From a virus (Duplodnaviria; Caudoviricetes), in IMG/VR virus record IMGVR_UViG_3300029288_000076, positions 32,001-96,000 of that record: a stretch of DNA of 64,000 bases. One strand, written 5' to 3'. Of this stretch, positions 1 to 9,830 are shown piece after piece; position 1 is the first letter of the stretch; each line of letters begins with the position of its first letter. The notes under the pieces are model-generated. The model worked only from the letters and a program-made list of their open reading frames with translations. It ran no database searches and was not told where the DNA came from. The position numbers and the translations under genes are program-made.

Positions 1-338
1 ATGACCCACACGTCGAAAAATTGCAGCCCGCGACGTGGGTGGTCAATCTTTTCAACACTAACAACACGTCCGCTATCAATCAAGGTAACACCATACTTGT
101 TTACTCCATTACTTACGAGAAAATCAATTCCAATTGTGTTTATATTTGGAAGTAACATCACAGAAAATCCTGTTTGCCAAACTTCACCACGAGCGTCAAC
201 AATTCTTTTTTGCGTCCCGGTAATAAAACACTGCTGAGAAAAAATTGCTGTACTTGCCATTGTGCGGTCGCCATATTGGTCAACACTTCCAACAGCAAGG
301 ATGTCTATGCGGTGCAAAAACTTTTTAGGTAAGTCCAT
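1..338 (-). CDS. Probable head-closure/head-tail joining protein, running off the window edge
   Basis: Not in the ORF track. ATG at 338 reads MDLPKKFLHRIDILAVGSVDQYGDRT...GRVVSVEKIDHPRRGLQFFDVWV. The DxYG turn and beta-rich layout are typical of SPP1 gp16-like proteins, and it lies downstream of the adaptor. Confidence 0.55.
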   Translation of the reverse strand, partial: MDLPKKFLHRIDILAVGSVDQYGDRTMASTAIFSQQCFITGTQKRIVDARGEVWQTGFSVMLLPNINTIGIDFLVSNGVNKYGVTLIDSGRVVSVEKIDHPRRGLQFFDVWV

Positions 339-340
339 AA

Positions 341-1177
341 TTAATGTATTCCTAAAGTATTTTCATGCCAATGTTCAAAGATCATATTGTTTTTCTTAGC
401 ATGATTTTTATATGCTTTCATTCTAGCTTTTACTCTTTTATCTTTTAATTGGTACTTTGGTTTGACTTCAATTAATTTTTGACTCAAGTCTTTGTATGTT
501 ACAAGAATATCTGGAACTGTATACTTGATCATACCTTCATATAAATATTTAATTTTAAATGGTTCTGCTTTATAAAATAATACTGAATCATCTTTTTCTA
601 ATAAAATGTAAGCTTTCAGTTCATAACTTGAACGATATAATATATTTTGAAAATCATTTTTTACAGAAAAGAAATAACCAATTTTAAAATGTTTATTTAA
701 ATGAACATTGTTTTTTAAATACCATTCTGCAGTGCTTTTGCTCATCTTTTCTTTTGATTCTTTAGAATGGTGAAAACCTCTTGTTCCTTTATGACTTAAA
801 CGCAATTTTTCTTTCTGCTCCTCTGTAAATTTATATCCAGTACTACCTATATGCGATGTAATAAGTTTTTGTCTATGTTCCTCTGATAATGGTTTACCTT
901 TAAACCTTTTACTTACAGATTCTCTAAATTCATCTGTAACTGATAGACCTATATGAGCTTTACTAATTTTTTGTTTAGTTTCATCTGTATGTGTATACCA
1001 ACTTCTAGAAGCTACTATTTTGTCAATTGTCTCTTGGGTATGATGATAACCTTTTCTAGAAGCTTTTCTTTTTTCTATTGTTTCCTGAGATGGAGAAGGT
1101 CTTTTTATTCCAGTGATAGCTTTCCTTATCTTATCTTTTGTTTCCGGAGTTTGTTTAAATCCTGCAGGTCTACTCAT
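341..1177 (-). CDS. NUMOD3-repeat homing endonuclease with C-terminal TnsA-like PD-(D/E)XK nuclease domain
   Basis: NUMOD3-like repeats (HTQETIDKI, HTDETKQKIS, SEEHRQKL, HSKESKEKMS), then YRSSYE...EP..I.Y...PDILV...IEVKP. Confidence 0.8.
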   Translation of the reverse strand: MSRPAGFKQTPETKDKIRKAITGIKRPSPSQETIEKRKASRKGYHHTQETIDKIVASRSWYTHTDETKQKISKAHIGLSVTDEFRESVSKRFKGKPLSEEHRQKLITSHIGSTGYKFTEEQKEKLRLSHKGTRGFHHSKESKEKMSKSTAEWYLKNNVHLNKHFKIGYFFSVKNDFQNILYRSSYELKAYILLEKDDSVLFYKAEPFKIKYLYEGMIKYTVPDILVTYKDLSQKLIEVKPKYQLKDKRVKARMKAYKNHAKKNNMIFEHWHENTLGIH

Positions 1178-1180
1178 GCC

Positions 1181-1852
1181 CTAATCCAAAGCTTTCATCT
1201 GTTTAAGATGACTAAATAAATCTTCTATATTACTATTAACAGCTTTACTTTTTAATGGCGACGTTTCGGGTACTCTTACTATTTCTTCAGCAATTGATCT
1301 CATCGCCCTAGTAGTAAGGAGCATCCCACGTTTTACATTATAACCATTTACATGATTGTCAAAAACTATATCAGATGATTTTATTTTTGTATCCAAGCTG
1401 TTTAGTTCTTTCAATACTCTATATGAATTATCAATAAACTTTTTATCATTATTAGTTTCATATTGTGGTATATCTCTTACATATTCTTTAAGATATTTTT
1501 TAATTAAATGAGCTTCTTCTGGTATATGACCAAAATCACTTATATCCCAATCATTATTTCTTGCCACTTTAATTAAGGAACCAAATATACAATGAAGACT
1601 TTCTTGTATAGAACTAACGCCAGCGTTGTATTCTGTTTTATTATGATATCCAGCATTAGTTCCTATAGTATCAAACATGCTTTTTCTTAAAGCTAATAAT
1701 TTATCATTTGACTTTGCTTTCTTAACTTTCTCTTTTAATATAGATCCAGCCTTAGTTAATCTAACTTTTTGAAGTTTAGACGACTTATCAGGATTAGGGT
1801 CCTTAAAAGGTGGACTTGGTTCTTTATGCGGTCTTGGTCCTGGAAATGTCAT
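1181..1852 (-). CDS. KEPSPPFKDPNPDK-leader protein 1, C-terminal domain unknown
   Basis: N-terminal 23 aa nearly identical to those of 4305..5087 and 18845..19492. Confidence 0.75.
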   Translation of the reverse strand: MTFPGPRPHKEPSPPFKDPNPDKSSKLQKVRLTKAGSILKEKVKKAKSNDKLLALRKSMFDTIGTNAGYHNKTEYNAGVSSIQESLHCIFGSLIKVARNNDWDISDFGHIPEEAHLIKKYLKEYVRDIPQYETNNDKKFIDNSYRVLKELNSLDTKIKSSDIVFDNHVNGYNVKRGMLLTTRAMRSIAEEIVRVPETSPLKSKAVNSNIEDLFSHLKQMKALD

Positions 1853-2314
1853 CTACTTTCTATCCTTCATAGCATCTTGAGTTTTCAAGCTTAGTTCATT
1901 ATAAGATTTATATAATTCGTTTACTCTATCTTTTTTACCAAGTCCGCTTTCAACTGCCATTTCCCATTGGAGCCTTTTAAGCTCGAGCTGATTTTTTGTT
2001 ATCTCTCTCTGTTTTTTAACTTCATCACGCTGGTCTGGTGGACCAGCTTTATTAGCCTTTTTGTCAGGCTGTTCAATGATCTTTATTCCAGACCCGGAGC
2101 CACCAAGAATTTTATTAGTACTCTTGGTAGGCTCTTTCTTTTTAACACTTTTTGCAACGGTTTTGTTTTTCAAATCTGTTTTCTTAACAACAGGTTTTGC
2201 TTTTTTAATTTGCTTAGTATCAACCTGTTTAATTTTACCTTTAGATCTAAGATCCTTAATAACAGCTTTTTGTTTCTTAAGATTCCTACCAGTTTTTGGT
2301 TTGGAGTTTTTCAT
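1853..2314 (-). CDS. Lys-rich basic protein, candidate internal virion protein
   Basis: Very high Lys content, GGSGSG linker, in the head module. Confidence 0.5.
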   Translation of the reverse strand: MKNSKPKTGRNLKKQKAVIKDLRSKGKIKQVDTKQIKKAKPVVKKTDLKNKTVAKSVKKKEPTKSTNKILGGSGSGIKIIEQPDKKANKAGPPDQRDEVKKQREITKNQLELKRLQWEMAVESGLGKKDRVNELYKSYNELSLKTQDAMKDRK

Positions 2315-2320
2315 AATTTA

Positions 2321-2587
2321 TTACCTTGGATTTATTTTATTTTTTTGATATTTATGTTCAGCTGGATTCCAAATTAAAGGTTGAGGTTTTTTACCAGGAG
2401 ATTTAGCTATTCTTACTAATTTTCTACGAGGATCATTATGGAGCATATTTTTTAATTCTTCTGGAGAATGAATGCTTTCGCCAACTTTAGGTTTGTATTT
2501 TTTAGTTCTTTTAGTAGTAGGCTCCTTCATGCCCTTCCCATTACCCGTACTACCTTTTGGCCATCTCCCAGATCCTGGTCCTCCCAT
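2321..2587 (-). CDS. Basic protein with MGGPGSGRWPKG N-terminus
   Basis: GGPGSG start, a motif I recall from phage head-associated proteins; Lys-rich. Confidence 0.5.
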   Translation of the reverse strand: MGGPGSGRWPKGSTGNGKGMKEPTTKRTKKYKPKVGESIHSPEELKNMLHNDPRRKLVRIAKSPGKKPQPLIWNPAEHKYQKNKINPR

Positions 2588-2600
2588 TGTTATTATCCCC

Positions 2601-2780
2601 TTATCCTTGAACCTTAAACCAAAATTTTTCCAAAGCCCAATACGATGCTCCTACACCACAACTTCCAATCACCCCCATAACTCCAGCAGCAATTCCAAGA
2701 TGCAATATAATTGTAGCACCTACACAAATAGCAGACCATAATGCAGAAAGACTCACGGTTAAAATCAATACTTTTTTCAT
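2601..2780 (-). CDS. Small two-TM membrane protein, possible holin
   Basis: Likely start MKKVLILTV at 2780; two hydrophobic segments. Confidence 0.35.
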   Translation of the reverse strand: MKKVLILTVSLSALWSAICVGATIILHLGIAAGVMGVIGSCGVGASYWALEKFWFKVQG

Positions 2781-2902
2781 TTTCTTACGTTTCTCCTTTT
2801 CTTTTAAAAATAATTGTTCAACTTTATTTACATAACAAATAAAGTACCAGTTAGGTTTACTTCTTGCTTTAAGAGAATTTGCATCTACATCGCCGTCCAA
2901 TT

Positions 2903-3100
2903 TTATTTAGATTTCTTCTTCTGAATCATGGCCAAGAACTTTTCTTTTGCTGCTACCTGTTTAGGTGACATTTTCTTAGAAGCTTTCTTTTTAGTTGTTG
3001 CTTTTTTCTTCTTAGATGTTCCTGCAGGTGGAAACTTATCATCAGGAAATTCAGGTTCAATTTTGTCTATTACTGGAACTTTAGTACTCTTTTTTGCCAT
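2903..3100 (-). CDS. Lys-rich histone-H1-like peptide
   Basis: SKKKKATTKKKASKK tract; AGGAG SD upstream. Confidence 0.55.
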   Translation of the reverse strand: MAKKSTKVPVIDKIEPEFPDDKFPPAGTSKKKKATTKKKASKKMSPKQVAAKEKFLAMIQKKKSK

Positions 3101-3145
3101 TTTAATTTCTCCTTTTTAGTTAAATATTGCTTTATATATTTAGCC

Positions 3146-3301
3146 TTAAATTACCTTTCCGGTATAGAATCTTGTCTTCTGCTTTTTAATATTTTGAGCG
3201 GGAGCCTTCTTAGCTTTAGGAACTTTTGCTGTAATTGTCTTCACTGTTTTTGGTTTAACTATTCTACCGCCAGTAGACTTTTTAGGGACACCTGTTTTCA
3301 T
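3146..3301 (-). CDS. Lys-rich 51-aa peptide (below ORF-track cutoff)
   Basis: MKTGVPKKSTGGRIVKPKTVKTITAKVPKAKKAPAQNIKKQKTRFYTGKVI; starts 4 nt after the adaptor stop. Confidence 0.5.
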   Translation of the reverse strand: MKTGVPKKSTGGRIVKPKTVKTITAKVPKAKKAPAQNIKKQKTRFYTGKVI

Positions 3302-3304
3302 TAT

Positions 3305-3865
3305 TTAACCTCGTTCTAAAGTTGGACCACTTCCAGTATAATCTTTTAAAAGTTCCATAGCTTCTTGACAAAGTCTACTTGCAACAGTTTTATATGAAAA
3401 AGATTCTGAAAGTTTTCCCCCAAGAGATTCCGAATAACTAGAGATTCCTCTACGTTGATTCTGAATATGCTCGTCTGGTTCTGCACTAAGAGACCCTATT
3501 AAATATGCTGCTTGCTGACAAGCAGCGGCTCTTACAGCTAGTCGCTGAAGTTCTTCCTCTTGAGATAATGTTCCTTGAGCAGTAACTGAAAGAGACCAAG
3601 GCCATGAAGAATTTCCACCTATCTTACTTGATCGTGGAAAAGCTAACGCTTGATAATCATATTTTTTATTTCCATGCCAGTGAAAAGCATCAATAGCTTT
3701 TGCAGCTCTTAATAACGATACTTCTTGATCAACAGTCGCAGCTGTGGCCCAAGCTAATCTAATACTAGAACCAAGCACGTTAGTTGCTATGTAAGATGAA
3801 GCATCAGTGACATCAATATATGCTGTAGCTCCAGATGAAGACCATGTAGCATCTATAGCTGTCAT
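3305..3865 (-). CDS. DnaT-like head-tail adaptor/connector protein
   Basis: AYIDVTDASSY...LLRAAKAID...G.K...QALAFPR pattern; C-terminal SYSESLGGKLSESF. Confidence 0.7.
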   Translation of the reverse strand: MTAIDATWSSSGATAYIDVTDASSYIATNVLGSSIRLAWATAATVDQEVSLLRAAKAIDAFHWHGNKKYDYQALAFPRSSKIGGNSSWPWSLSVTAQGTLSQEEELQRLAVRAAACQQAAYLIGSLSAEPDEHIQNQRRGISSYSESLGGKLSESFSYKTVASRLCQEAMELLKDYTGSGPTLERG

Positions 3866-3925
3866 AATTATTTGCCTTTTTCACCTTTAAGTTTCTTCTT
3901 AGAACCTTTTGATTTGCATCCCATC

Positions 3926-4120
3926 TTATTTCTTTACTCCTTTTTTCTTGCTTTTCTTCGAAAGTCCAGCCTCCGACAACGCGATGGCGATTGCCTGCTT
4001 TTGATTTGTCACAACTGGACCTTTTTTACCAGATTTTAATTCCCCAGCTTTCCATTCATTCATGACTTTAGCAACTTTCTTCTGCTTTTTAGTTTTTTCT
4101 TTAGATTTCTTATCAGGCAT
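3926..4120 (-). CDS. DUF6496-like small basic protein
   Basis: KVMNEWKAGELKSG...VTNQKQAIAIALSEAG. Confidence 0.7.
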   Translation of the reverse strand: MPDKKSKEKTKKQKKVAKVMNEWKAGELKSGKKGPVVTNQKQAIAIALSEAGLSKKSKKKGVKK

Positions 4121-4122
4121 TT

Positions 4123-4311
4123 TTATTTTACTCCTTTTCTAACTTTGTTAAACATTATTCCGTTATCGTTTTTATATGATTGTTTAGAATGATCAATGTC
4201 CATATCTTTAATGACTTTTGGTATTCCTTTTGGATAAGCTTTGCAAGTCCAATCACCATAGAAAAACATGCATTTATAACAAATAGGTTCTTTAATTACT
4301 TTCATTACCAA
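4123..4311 (-). CDS. Small CxxC-CKAYPxGIP-H protein (paralogue A)
   Basis: CYKC...CKAYPKGIP...DH...NGIMF; overlaps the stop of the HEXXH gene. Confidence 0.7.
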   Translation of the reverse strand: MVMKVIKEPICYKCMFFYGDWTCKAYPKGIPKVIKDMDIDHSKQSYKNDNGIMFNKVRKGVK

Positions 4312-5087
4312 TTACCTTTTTTCATTAAATCAAGCATTCTTATCATTTTAGGATTAAGTTCGCTTTTAGAAGAACTATTATAAATAGCAAAGTTTTCTGC
4401 TATACATTCAGCCAAATTATATTTTGCTCTATCTGTAATAGCATATTCTTTATAATTTTCTAAATTTCTATCATATTTACCAACACTTTTATCTATTCCA
4501 AGGTAAGTATTTATTCTATCAAAAAATCTATCATTAAAATGTAAATGATGACCCATTTCATGTAATACAGCAGCTTTTGTTTGCGAATATTTGTCTGAAG
4601 GAAAACAAAACATAGAATGAATTCCTCCACTTCCTAATTTACCATTATGATAATTTATATAAAAATTTCTCATTTTATCATTCTTTAAATTAATACCCTT
4701 ATTTGATTTTATTTCTTGATTAGTTCCTATAGCTATTCTGCCAATGTAATCTTCTTCTTCCGATGGTAAATAGGCAGCAAAGTGTCCATTATCAAATCTC
4801 ACTTCTAATAATTTGTATTTCATATGAAATTCTTTCATAGAATCATAAATAGTATTGTTAACTATTTCTATTTGCTTAGAATCATTACATGTACTATAAT
4901 CAACTTGTTTACAAATAGTTTTTTTAGCAAACTCTTCAAGTTTAATTTTATCAATTTTAGTTTTTGCTTTATTTTTTATTCTTTTACCTATTGTAGTGAG
5001 CTTTCTATTGTTAAGTTCTTTATCAGGATTCGGATCCTTAAAAGGTGGTGAAGGTTCTTTTCTTGGACGTGGTCCTGGAAAGCTCAT
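4305..5087 (-). CDS. KEPSPPFKDPNPDK-leader protein 2, zincin-like metallopeptidase
   Basis: Shared leader; HEMGHHLH plus downstream ECIAENF third-ligand motif. Confidence 0.75.
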   Translation of the reverse strand: MSFPGPRPRKEPSPPFKDPNPDKELNNRKLTTIGKRIKNKAKTKIDKIKLEEFAKKTICKQVDYSTCNDSKQIEIVNNTIYDSMKEFHMKYKLLEVRFDNGHFAAYLPSEEEDYIGRIAIGTNQEIKSNKGINLKNDKMRNFYINYHNGKLGSGGIHSMFCFPSDKYSQTKAAVLHEMGHHLHFNDRFFDRINTYLGIDKSVGKYDRNLENYKEYAITDRAKYNLAECIAENFAIYNSSSKSELNPKMIRMLDLMKKGNW

Positions 5088-5091
5088 CTAA

Positions 5092-5322
5092 TTATTCTCC
5101 ATATCTAGCAAGATCTAAATTCTCAAAAGTCTCATAATCTATACACTGCTCTACATCAAATTCATAATTACAGCCATTACATTTATGAAGACAAATTTCA
5201 CATACTATAGGCTTTGTAAGCCATTCACTAGAATATGTCCACTCACCTATTGGAACGATATTATTTGAGTTGCATTCTGGGCATAATGCTTCTTCTTCAT
5301 CTAAAACTACTTTTCTTTTCAT
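5092..5322 (-). CDS. Zn-ribbon protein
   Basis: CPEC...CEIC/CNGC. Confidence 0.5.
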   Translation of the reverse strand: MKRKVVLDEEEALCPECNSNNIVPIGEWTYSSEWLTKPIVCEICLHKCNGCNYEFDVEQCIDYETFENLDLARYGE

Positions 5323-5350
5323 TTTCTTTCCCTTTTAAATATTTTGAATT

Positions 5351-5370
5351 TAATTAAATATAAAGAAAAA
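5351..5370 (-). promoter_or_regulatory. Putative late promoter motif TCTTTATAT (copy 1)
   Basis: Minus-strand TTTCTTTATATTTAATTAAA, identical to the copy at 19511-19530. Confidence 0.55.
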
Positions 5371-6081
5371 TCAGGCACTTATAAGTTTTTAAAAAAAATG
5401 GACAACCCCTATTTGTGAGTTGCCCAATGTACATGGAGGTAAAGAATGAGAAGAGAAAGTGCATTGTTAATCTTTAAGCCAGAAGAAATTTCCTAAGAAT
5501 AGAATATCAAACTCCCATTCACATTCATCTTTGCAAATATAGAAAAGTGAATATGAATTACCTTTAATATCAAAAGTAATAAGGTCCAAAACAAAGAAAT
5601 TTTTCCAAACATCAAATGAAAATAAATCAAAACCAAATACATGATCCATTTTTAATCCCCCATAAAAATTAGTTTTTCAACAGGCTCCAACTAATATGCT
5701 CAGTATGATCTAAATCATAAGGAGCGTGCTCTCCAGGCTGATAAACAGTACACCTCCAAATAGCCCCACAACTTCTACATTTATAATCAATTTCTTTAGT
5801 ACCGCTTTGATGAATAATTTTGTTTCCTGTGGGGATCAAAGACTCAATACTATTTTTGCAAGTTGGGCAACTCATTATTTCACCTCTTTATTTACTAAAA
5901 TTTTATACAAATTATAACAAATAGCTATACCAGTAAAAGAAATAAAACAAATAGCACTATTTGATAATGAGTCAAAAGCGCTTTTAAAATGAAAAGGAAA
6001 ATCAAGTATAGAAGATAAAATAAGAATAGAAAAAACAAATTTATTAAAATGAAAATAGCTGCTATCGTACACCGTTTCATA

Positions 6082-6690
6082 TTAATATAACCATTTTGGT
6101 TTCATAAAATCTTTGTTAAAATTCCATAAAATCATTGGATTAATAGTTCTATTATTTATTTTTACTCCATAATGAACATGATTTCCAGTACTACGTCCAG
6201 TACTTCCCATTTCGCCTATTATTTGATTTTTCTTTATTTCATCTCCAACATTAACTAATCTTTTTCTCATGTGACCATAGATAGTTGTATAATACCCATG
6301 ATTAATCTCTATGTACTCACCATAGCCTCTTTTTGATTCTGAATAAACTACTATCCCAGGAGCTGTTGCTCGTATAATAGTTCCAGCTTTATTTGCTATG
6401 TCATAACCATCGTGAAACTCAGGCCACGGTTTTTTCCTATACCCATAACCACTTGTAAAATAACCTTCACAAGGATAATCAGTTGGTATTAGTTTGGCAA
6501 ATTCTATAGCTGCTAACTGATATTCAATAAAATATGATGTATTTCTATTTCTAATGTTGTAGAATTTATTAGCTTCTTCTTCTAAAGTATAACCAAAACT
6601 ATTTTCCACCCATACCGCCAGAAACATTATTAGTATCACCGCTAAAGTGTATTTTACCATTGTTTTCATAGAAATAATTATCACTCCCAA
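6082..6690 (-). CDS. M23 family peptidoglycan endopeptidase with N-terminal TM/signal
   Basis: HDGYD, YGHM, GSTGRSTGNHVHY. Confidence 0.9.
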   Translation of the reverse strand: MGVIIISMKTMVKYTLAVILIMFLAVWVENSFGYTLEEEANKFYNIRNRNTSYFIEYQLAAIEFAKLIPTDYPCEGYFTSGYGYRKKPWPEFHDGYDIANKAGTIIRATAPGIVVYSESKRGYGEYIEINHGYYTTIYGHMRKRLVNVGDEIKKNQIIGEMGSTGRSTGNHVHYGVKINNRTINPMILWNFNKDFMKPKWLY

Positions 6691-7258
6691 CAGACTTCAA
6701 TAATTCAGAAGTCAAAAGGATCATAGTATAAATTTCTGTTTCTTTTACCTTGATCATTTTCTTTAAGTTTTCAATTTCAAGATCTTTTACTTTTATAATT
6801 GATTCTAGTTCAAATTTTTCTTGTTCTAATTTAGAAACCCTATCTTGCAGTCTAATTTTTTCAGTATCATTTTCTAATTCGGCCTTTCTCGTTTCATAAG
6901 CTATATTAACTTTAGTTGTATAATATCTATCTGTATCTGCTTTAAAAAAAATATATGGCATTATGATATACAAAAATGCCCATGTTAAAAGTAAAAGAAC
7001 AAAAATAGTAAGACCGAACCAGGTCCATTTTTGAGGATATGTATTAAAATGGTTCTTAAGTTTCTTCTTATAAGATAAAAAACATTTCTTTATCTTAGTT
7101 ATCAAAGGAACTTTTTTGGTATCAATTACTTTATCTTTTACTATGGTTTCTGTAGATATTTCTTTAGTTTTAACAGTTTTATTCAAAATAGGTTTAGTCT
7201 CCTTTTTCTCAATAATCGGAGTATTCTCAATTTTATTTTTGGGTCTGCCTCTAGGCAT
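6599..7258 (-). CDS. Membrane protein: AT-hook-like N-terminus, TM helix, coiled coil
   Basis: MPRGRPK start; WTWFGLTIFVLLLLTWAFLYII; heptad-rich C-terminus. Confidence 0.5.
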   Translation of the reverse strand: MPRGRPKNKIENTPIIEKKETKPILNKTVKTKEISTETIVKDKVIDTKKVPLITKIKKCFLSYKKKLKNHFNTYPQKWTWFGLTIFVLLLLTWAFLYIIMPYIFFKADTDRYYTTKVNIAYETRKAELENDTEKIRLQDRVSKLEQEKFELESIIKVKDLEIENLKKMIKVKETEIYTMILLTSELLKSVGSDNYFYENNGKIHFSGDTNNVSGGMGGK

Positions 7259-7262
7259 AATA

Positions 7263-7649
7263 TCACTCCATATTTGCTTCTTCTTTAGACAAATAATCTT
7301 GTATTATTTGTAACCACTTTTTGAATGTTCGTACCTTAATAGTCATTGATTCCCTATCTGGCCCAGTATTGATTCTTGTTGAAAGCATACCTGATAGTAC
7401 ATCCGCAAGCATATCTTGACGTAGTTTAAGAAATTCTTCATCTATTTTAATATGTTTCTTTTGTTTTTCTTTTTTAACTTCTTTTTCAGGAACTATAGAC
7501 GTTTCTATTGTAATTTCTGCAGGAAGTTCTGTTACAACTGGATTATCTACTGAGAGAACATCTTCATTCTCTATCTTAATAGTTTGCTTCCCCAAAATAT
7601 TGTCAATAGCATCTGCTCCTGTTTCTACTTTTTTAGGTGGTCGTCCCAT
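7263..7649 (-). CDS. Hypothetical protein with GRPPKK N-terminus
   Basis: ORF track; GGAGG SD upstream. Confidence 0.5.
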   Translation of the reverse strand: MGRPPKKVETGADAIDNILGKQTIKIENEDVLSVDNPVVTELPAEITIETSIVPEKEVKKEKQKKHIKIDEEFLKLRQDMLADVLSGMLSTRINTGPDRESMTIKVRTFKKWLQIIQDYLSKEEANME

Positions 7650-8603
7650 TCTTACTTTTCCTCCTTCTTAAAATCTTTTGGATTGATTTTGTATTTAGGT
7701 TTTATTTCTGTTTTAGAAACTTTAGGCTTTACTCTATTCTTTCTTTTTATGGTTCTTTGTATACTACTCATTTTTAAACCTCAACTACAATGTCGTACTT
7801 ATTATCTTTATCTGTTGGATTATAATTATATGGTCTTCCAAATCCTACAACAACTTTTGTTAAGCAATTTGGACAGGCATACATGTCACCAGACATATCA
7901 TAAATACTAACTTTTTGTTTTTTATCAAAGAATCTGACTACAAAACCATTCTTTTCACAAGTCATCTCCTTATCACACATTACACATATTGGCCGTTGCA
8001 TAATTAAACCTATAATATATATTATATTTTAAAAAATAGATTTTAGGATCTTGTACTTATCCACCACTCCCATCTTCAAAAGAAATATAGTCAGTTCTAC
8101 ATTTTATAGAACAACACCAAACATGTGTTATCTTATCATAATAACCTTTAACGTCATTTGGAAATTCTTTATAACACACTCCACAAATATTAGTTTTTGG
8201 AAACAAAATTTCAATAGCATCATTAATTGCAGATTGATAACTCATTTTTGAAATAATATCTTCAGCTTTAAAGTTATCAAATTCTTTAAATATAGAATGT
8301 CTTTCTTCTTTCTTTTTAGTCATTAAATCAAGAAAAGTTTTCTTATCTATCATCTGCTACTCCTTGAATGAAATACTTCTTCTGAGGGGTCATGGTTAGA
8401 AAGACCTGCCTGTTCAAAATGAGGAATAGATAACTTATCATTAGATCTCTGATGCGTTATTGGTTGAAATATTTTTCTATACTTAGAAGCCATTCTTGTA
8501 GTAGGCTCTTTCTTATTTAACTCACACCAATCAAGAAAGTGTTTGTTAGTTTTGGCAAATTTGGCATTAGACATTCTCTTTTCGGTAATAATTTCTTTCT
8601 CTT

Positions 8604-9830
8604 TCATTTAATTAGCTCCTTATACAAATCTATTAATCTCCCAATCTGGTTCTCCATAGATAACAAATTTCTAACTTTCATTAAGTTAGATCTTTTTTCT
8701 AAGTATTCTTCATAGGCATAATTTCTAATATCATTAATATCTTTTAAAGTAAAACCAATATCATATTGGTCAATTATCTTTCCAACTTCGCTATTTTTAT
8801 TTCCTATACTTGGAACTCCAGCAGCAACTGCATCAAAAAGCTTGTTAAATATTCCCCACTTAATCTGGCGACAAATAATTCCACCAGGATCTGGGTAAAA
8901 AGCTAAACTGAAATGAAACTTTGTCATCTCTTTTATTAGTGAGAAGTATTCAACAAATCCACCGTATTTAACATCAAGATTTTTATAATACTCAACTGCT
9001 TCTTTAACATCAGGAATATAAAAAGTCAATGGTAAATGTTTATCTTGAAAAGACTTAGCAACGGAAGTCATATCTCTATAAGGAAGAGCTTGAGCCGTTT
9101 GTGAATTAGGATGAACAGCTGAACCTTGGAAAATATAACTAAGAGTATACTCTTTTTCTATAGCATGCCATTCTCCACGAGTTCCTATATTAGTTATATA
9201 ATCATATGGCTTAATAGGACCTTCGTCAATATAAAAACACTGTGGCATTGCTGACATTAATGAAATAGATTTTTCAGATTCATAAGCATCATCAAAACAT
9301 TCTTTAATTGGATTGCTAACGTGTATAAAAGCATCTGAACATTGAACTGCTTTTATTTCATCATCTACTATTCTTCCGGTCCTAATTAGTTCTGAATCAT
9401 GGACATCAAACACAACTTTAATATTCCAATCACTTGAAAATTCTTTTCTAACTTCATCGGCATACCACCCAAGATAATAAGGCTCGTTATGCCAATGAAG
9501 AATTACTTTTTTATTTTGCTGACCCAAAATAAGAGTTTTTAAAATACGTTTTAATTGTGACACTTCAAAATAGGGGATGTACATTTCAAGATGTGGCATT
9601 ATAGAAGCAACAATTCCTTGAAATGTATAGTAGCCGACAATAATTACTTTGTATCCTTTATAGAGCAGAGGAATAGCTTCTTTGATTACTCTTGAACAAC
9701 AATGATAACTAATCATTATAACTAATGGTAGATCGGGATTTGTTTCAAATTCCCTTGGCCTAATTTTTGTTGGATCAAGAGGATGAAGAATAGGAACTGA
9801 AAAATCAGCATTAGGATTAATTTCTACCAT
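8604..9830 (-). CDS. GT-B (GT4-like) glycosyltransferase
   Basis: HWHNEP, VVFDVHD, AFIHVS, NKLFDAVAAGVPSIG. Confidence 0.75.
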   Translation of the reverse strand: MVEINPNADFSVPILHPLDPTKIRPREFETNPDLPLVIMISYHCCSRVIKEAIPLLYKGYKVIIVGYYTFQGIVASIMPHLEMYIPYFEVSQLKRILKTLILGQQNKKVILHWHNEPYYLGWYADEVRKEFSSDWNIKVVFDVHDSELIRTGRIVDDEIKAVQCSDAFIHVSNPIKECFDDAYESEKSISLMSAMPQCFYIDEGPIKPYDYITNIGTRGEWHAIEKEYTLSYIFQGSAVHPNSQTAQALPYRDMTSVAKSFQDKHLPLTFYIPDVKEAVEYYKNLDVKYGGFVEYFSLIKEMTKFHFSLAFYPDPGGIICRQIKWGIFNKLFDAVAAGVPSIGNKNSEVGKIIDQYDIGFTLKDINDIRNYAYEEYLEKRSNLMKVRNLLSMENQIGRLIDLYKELIK

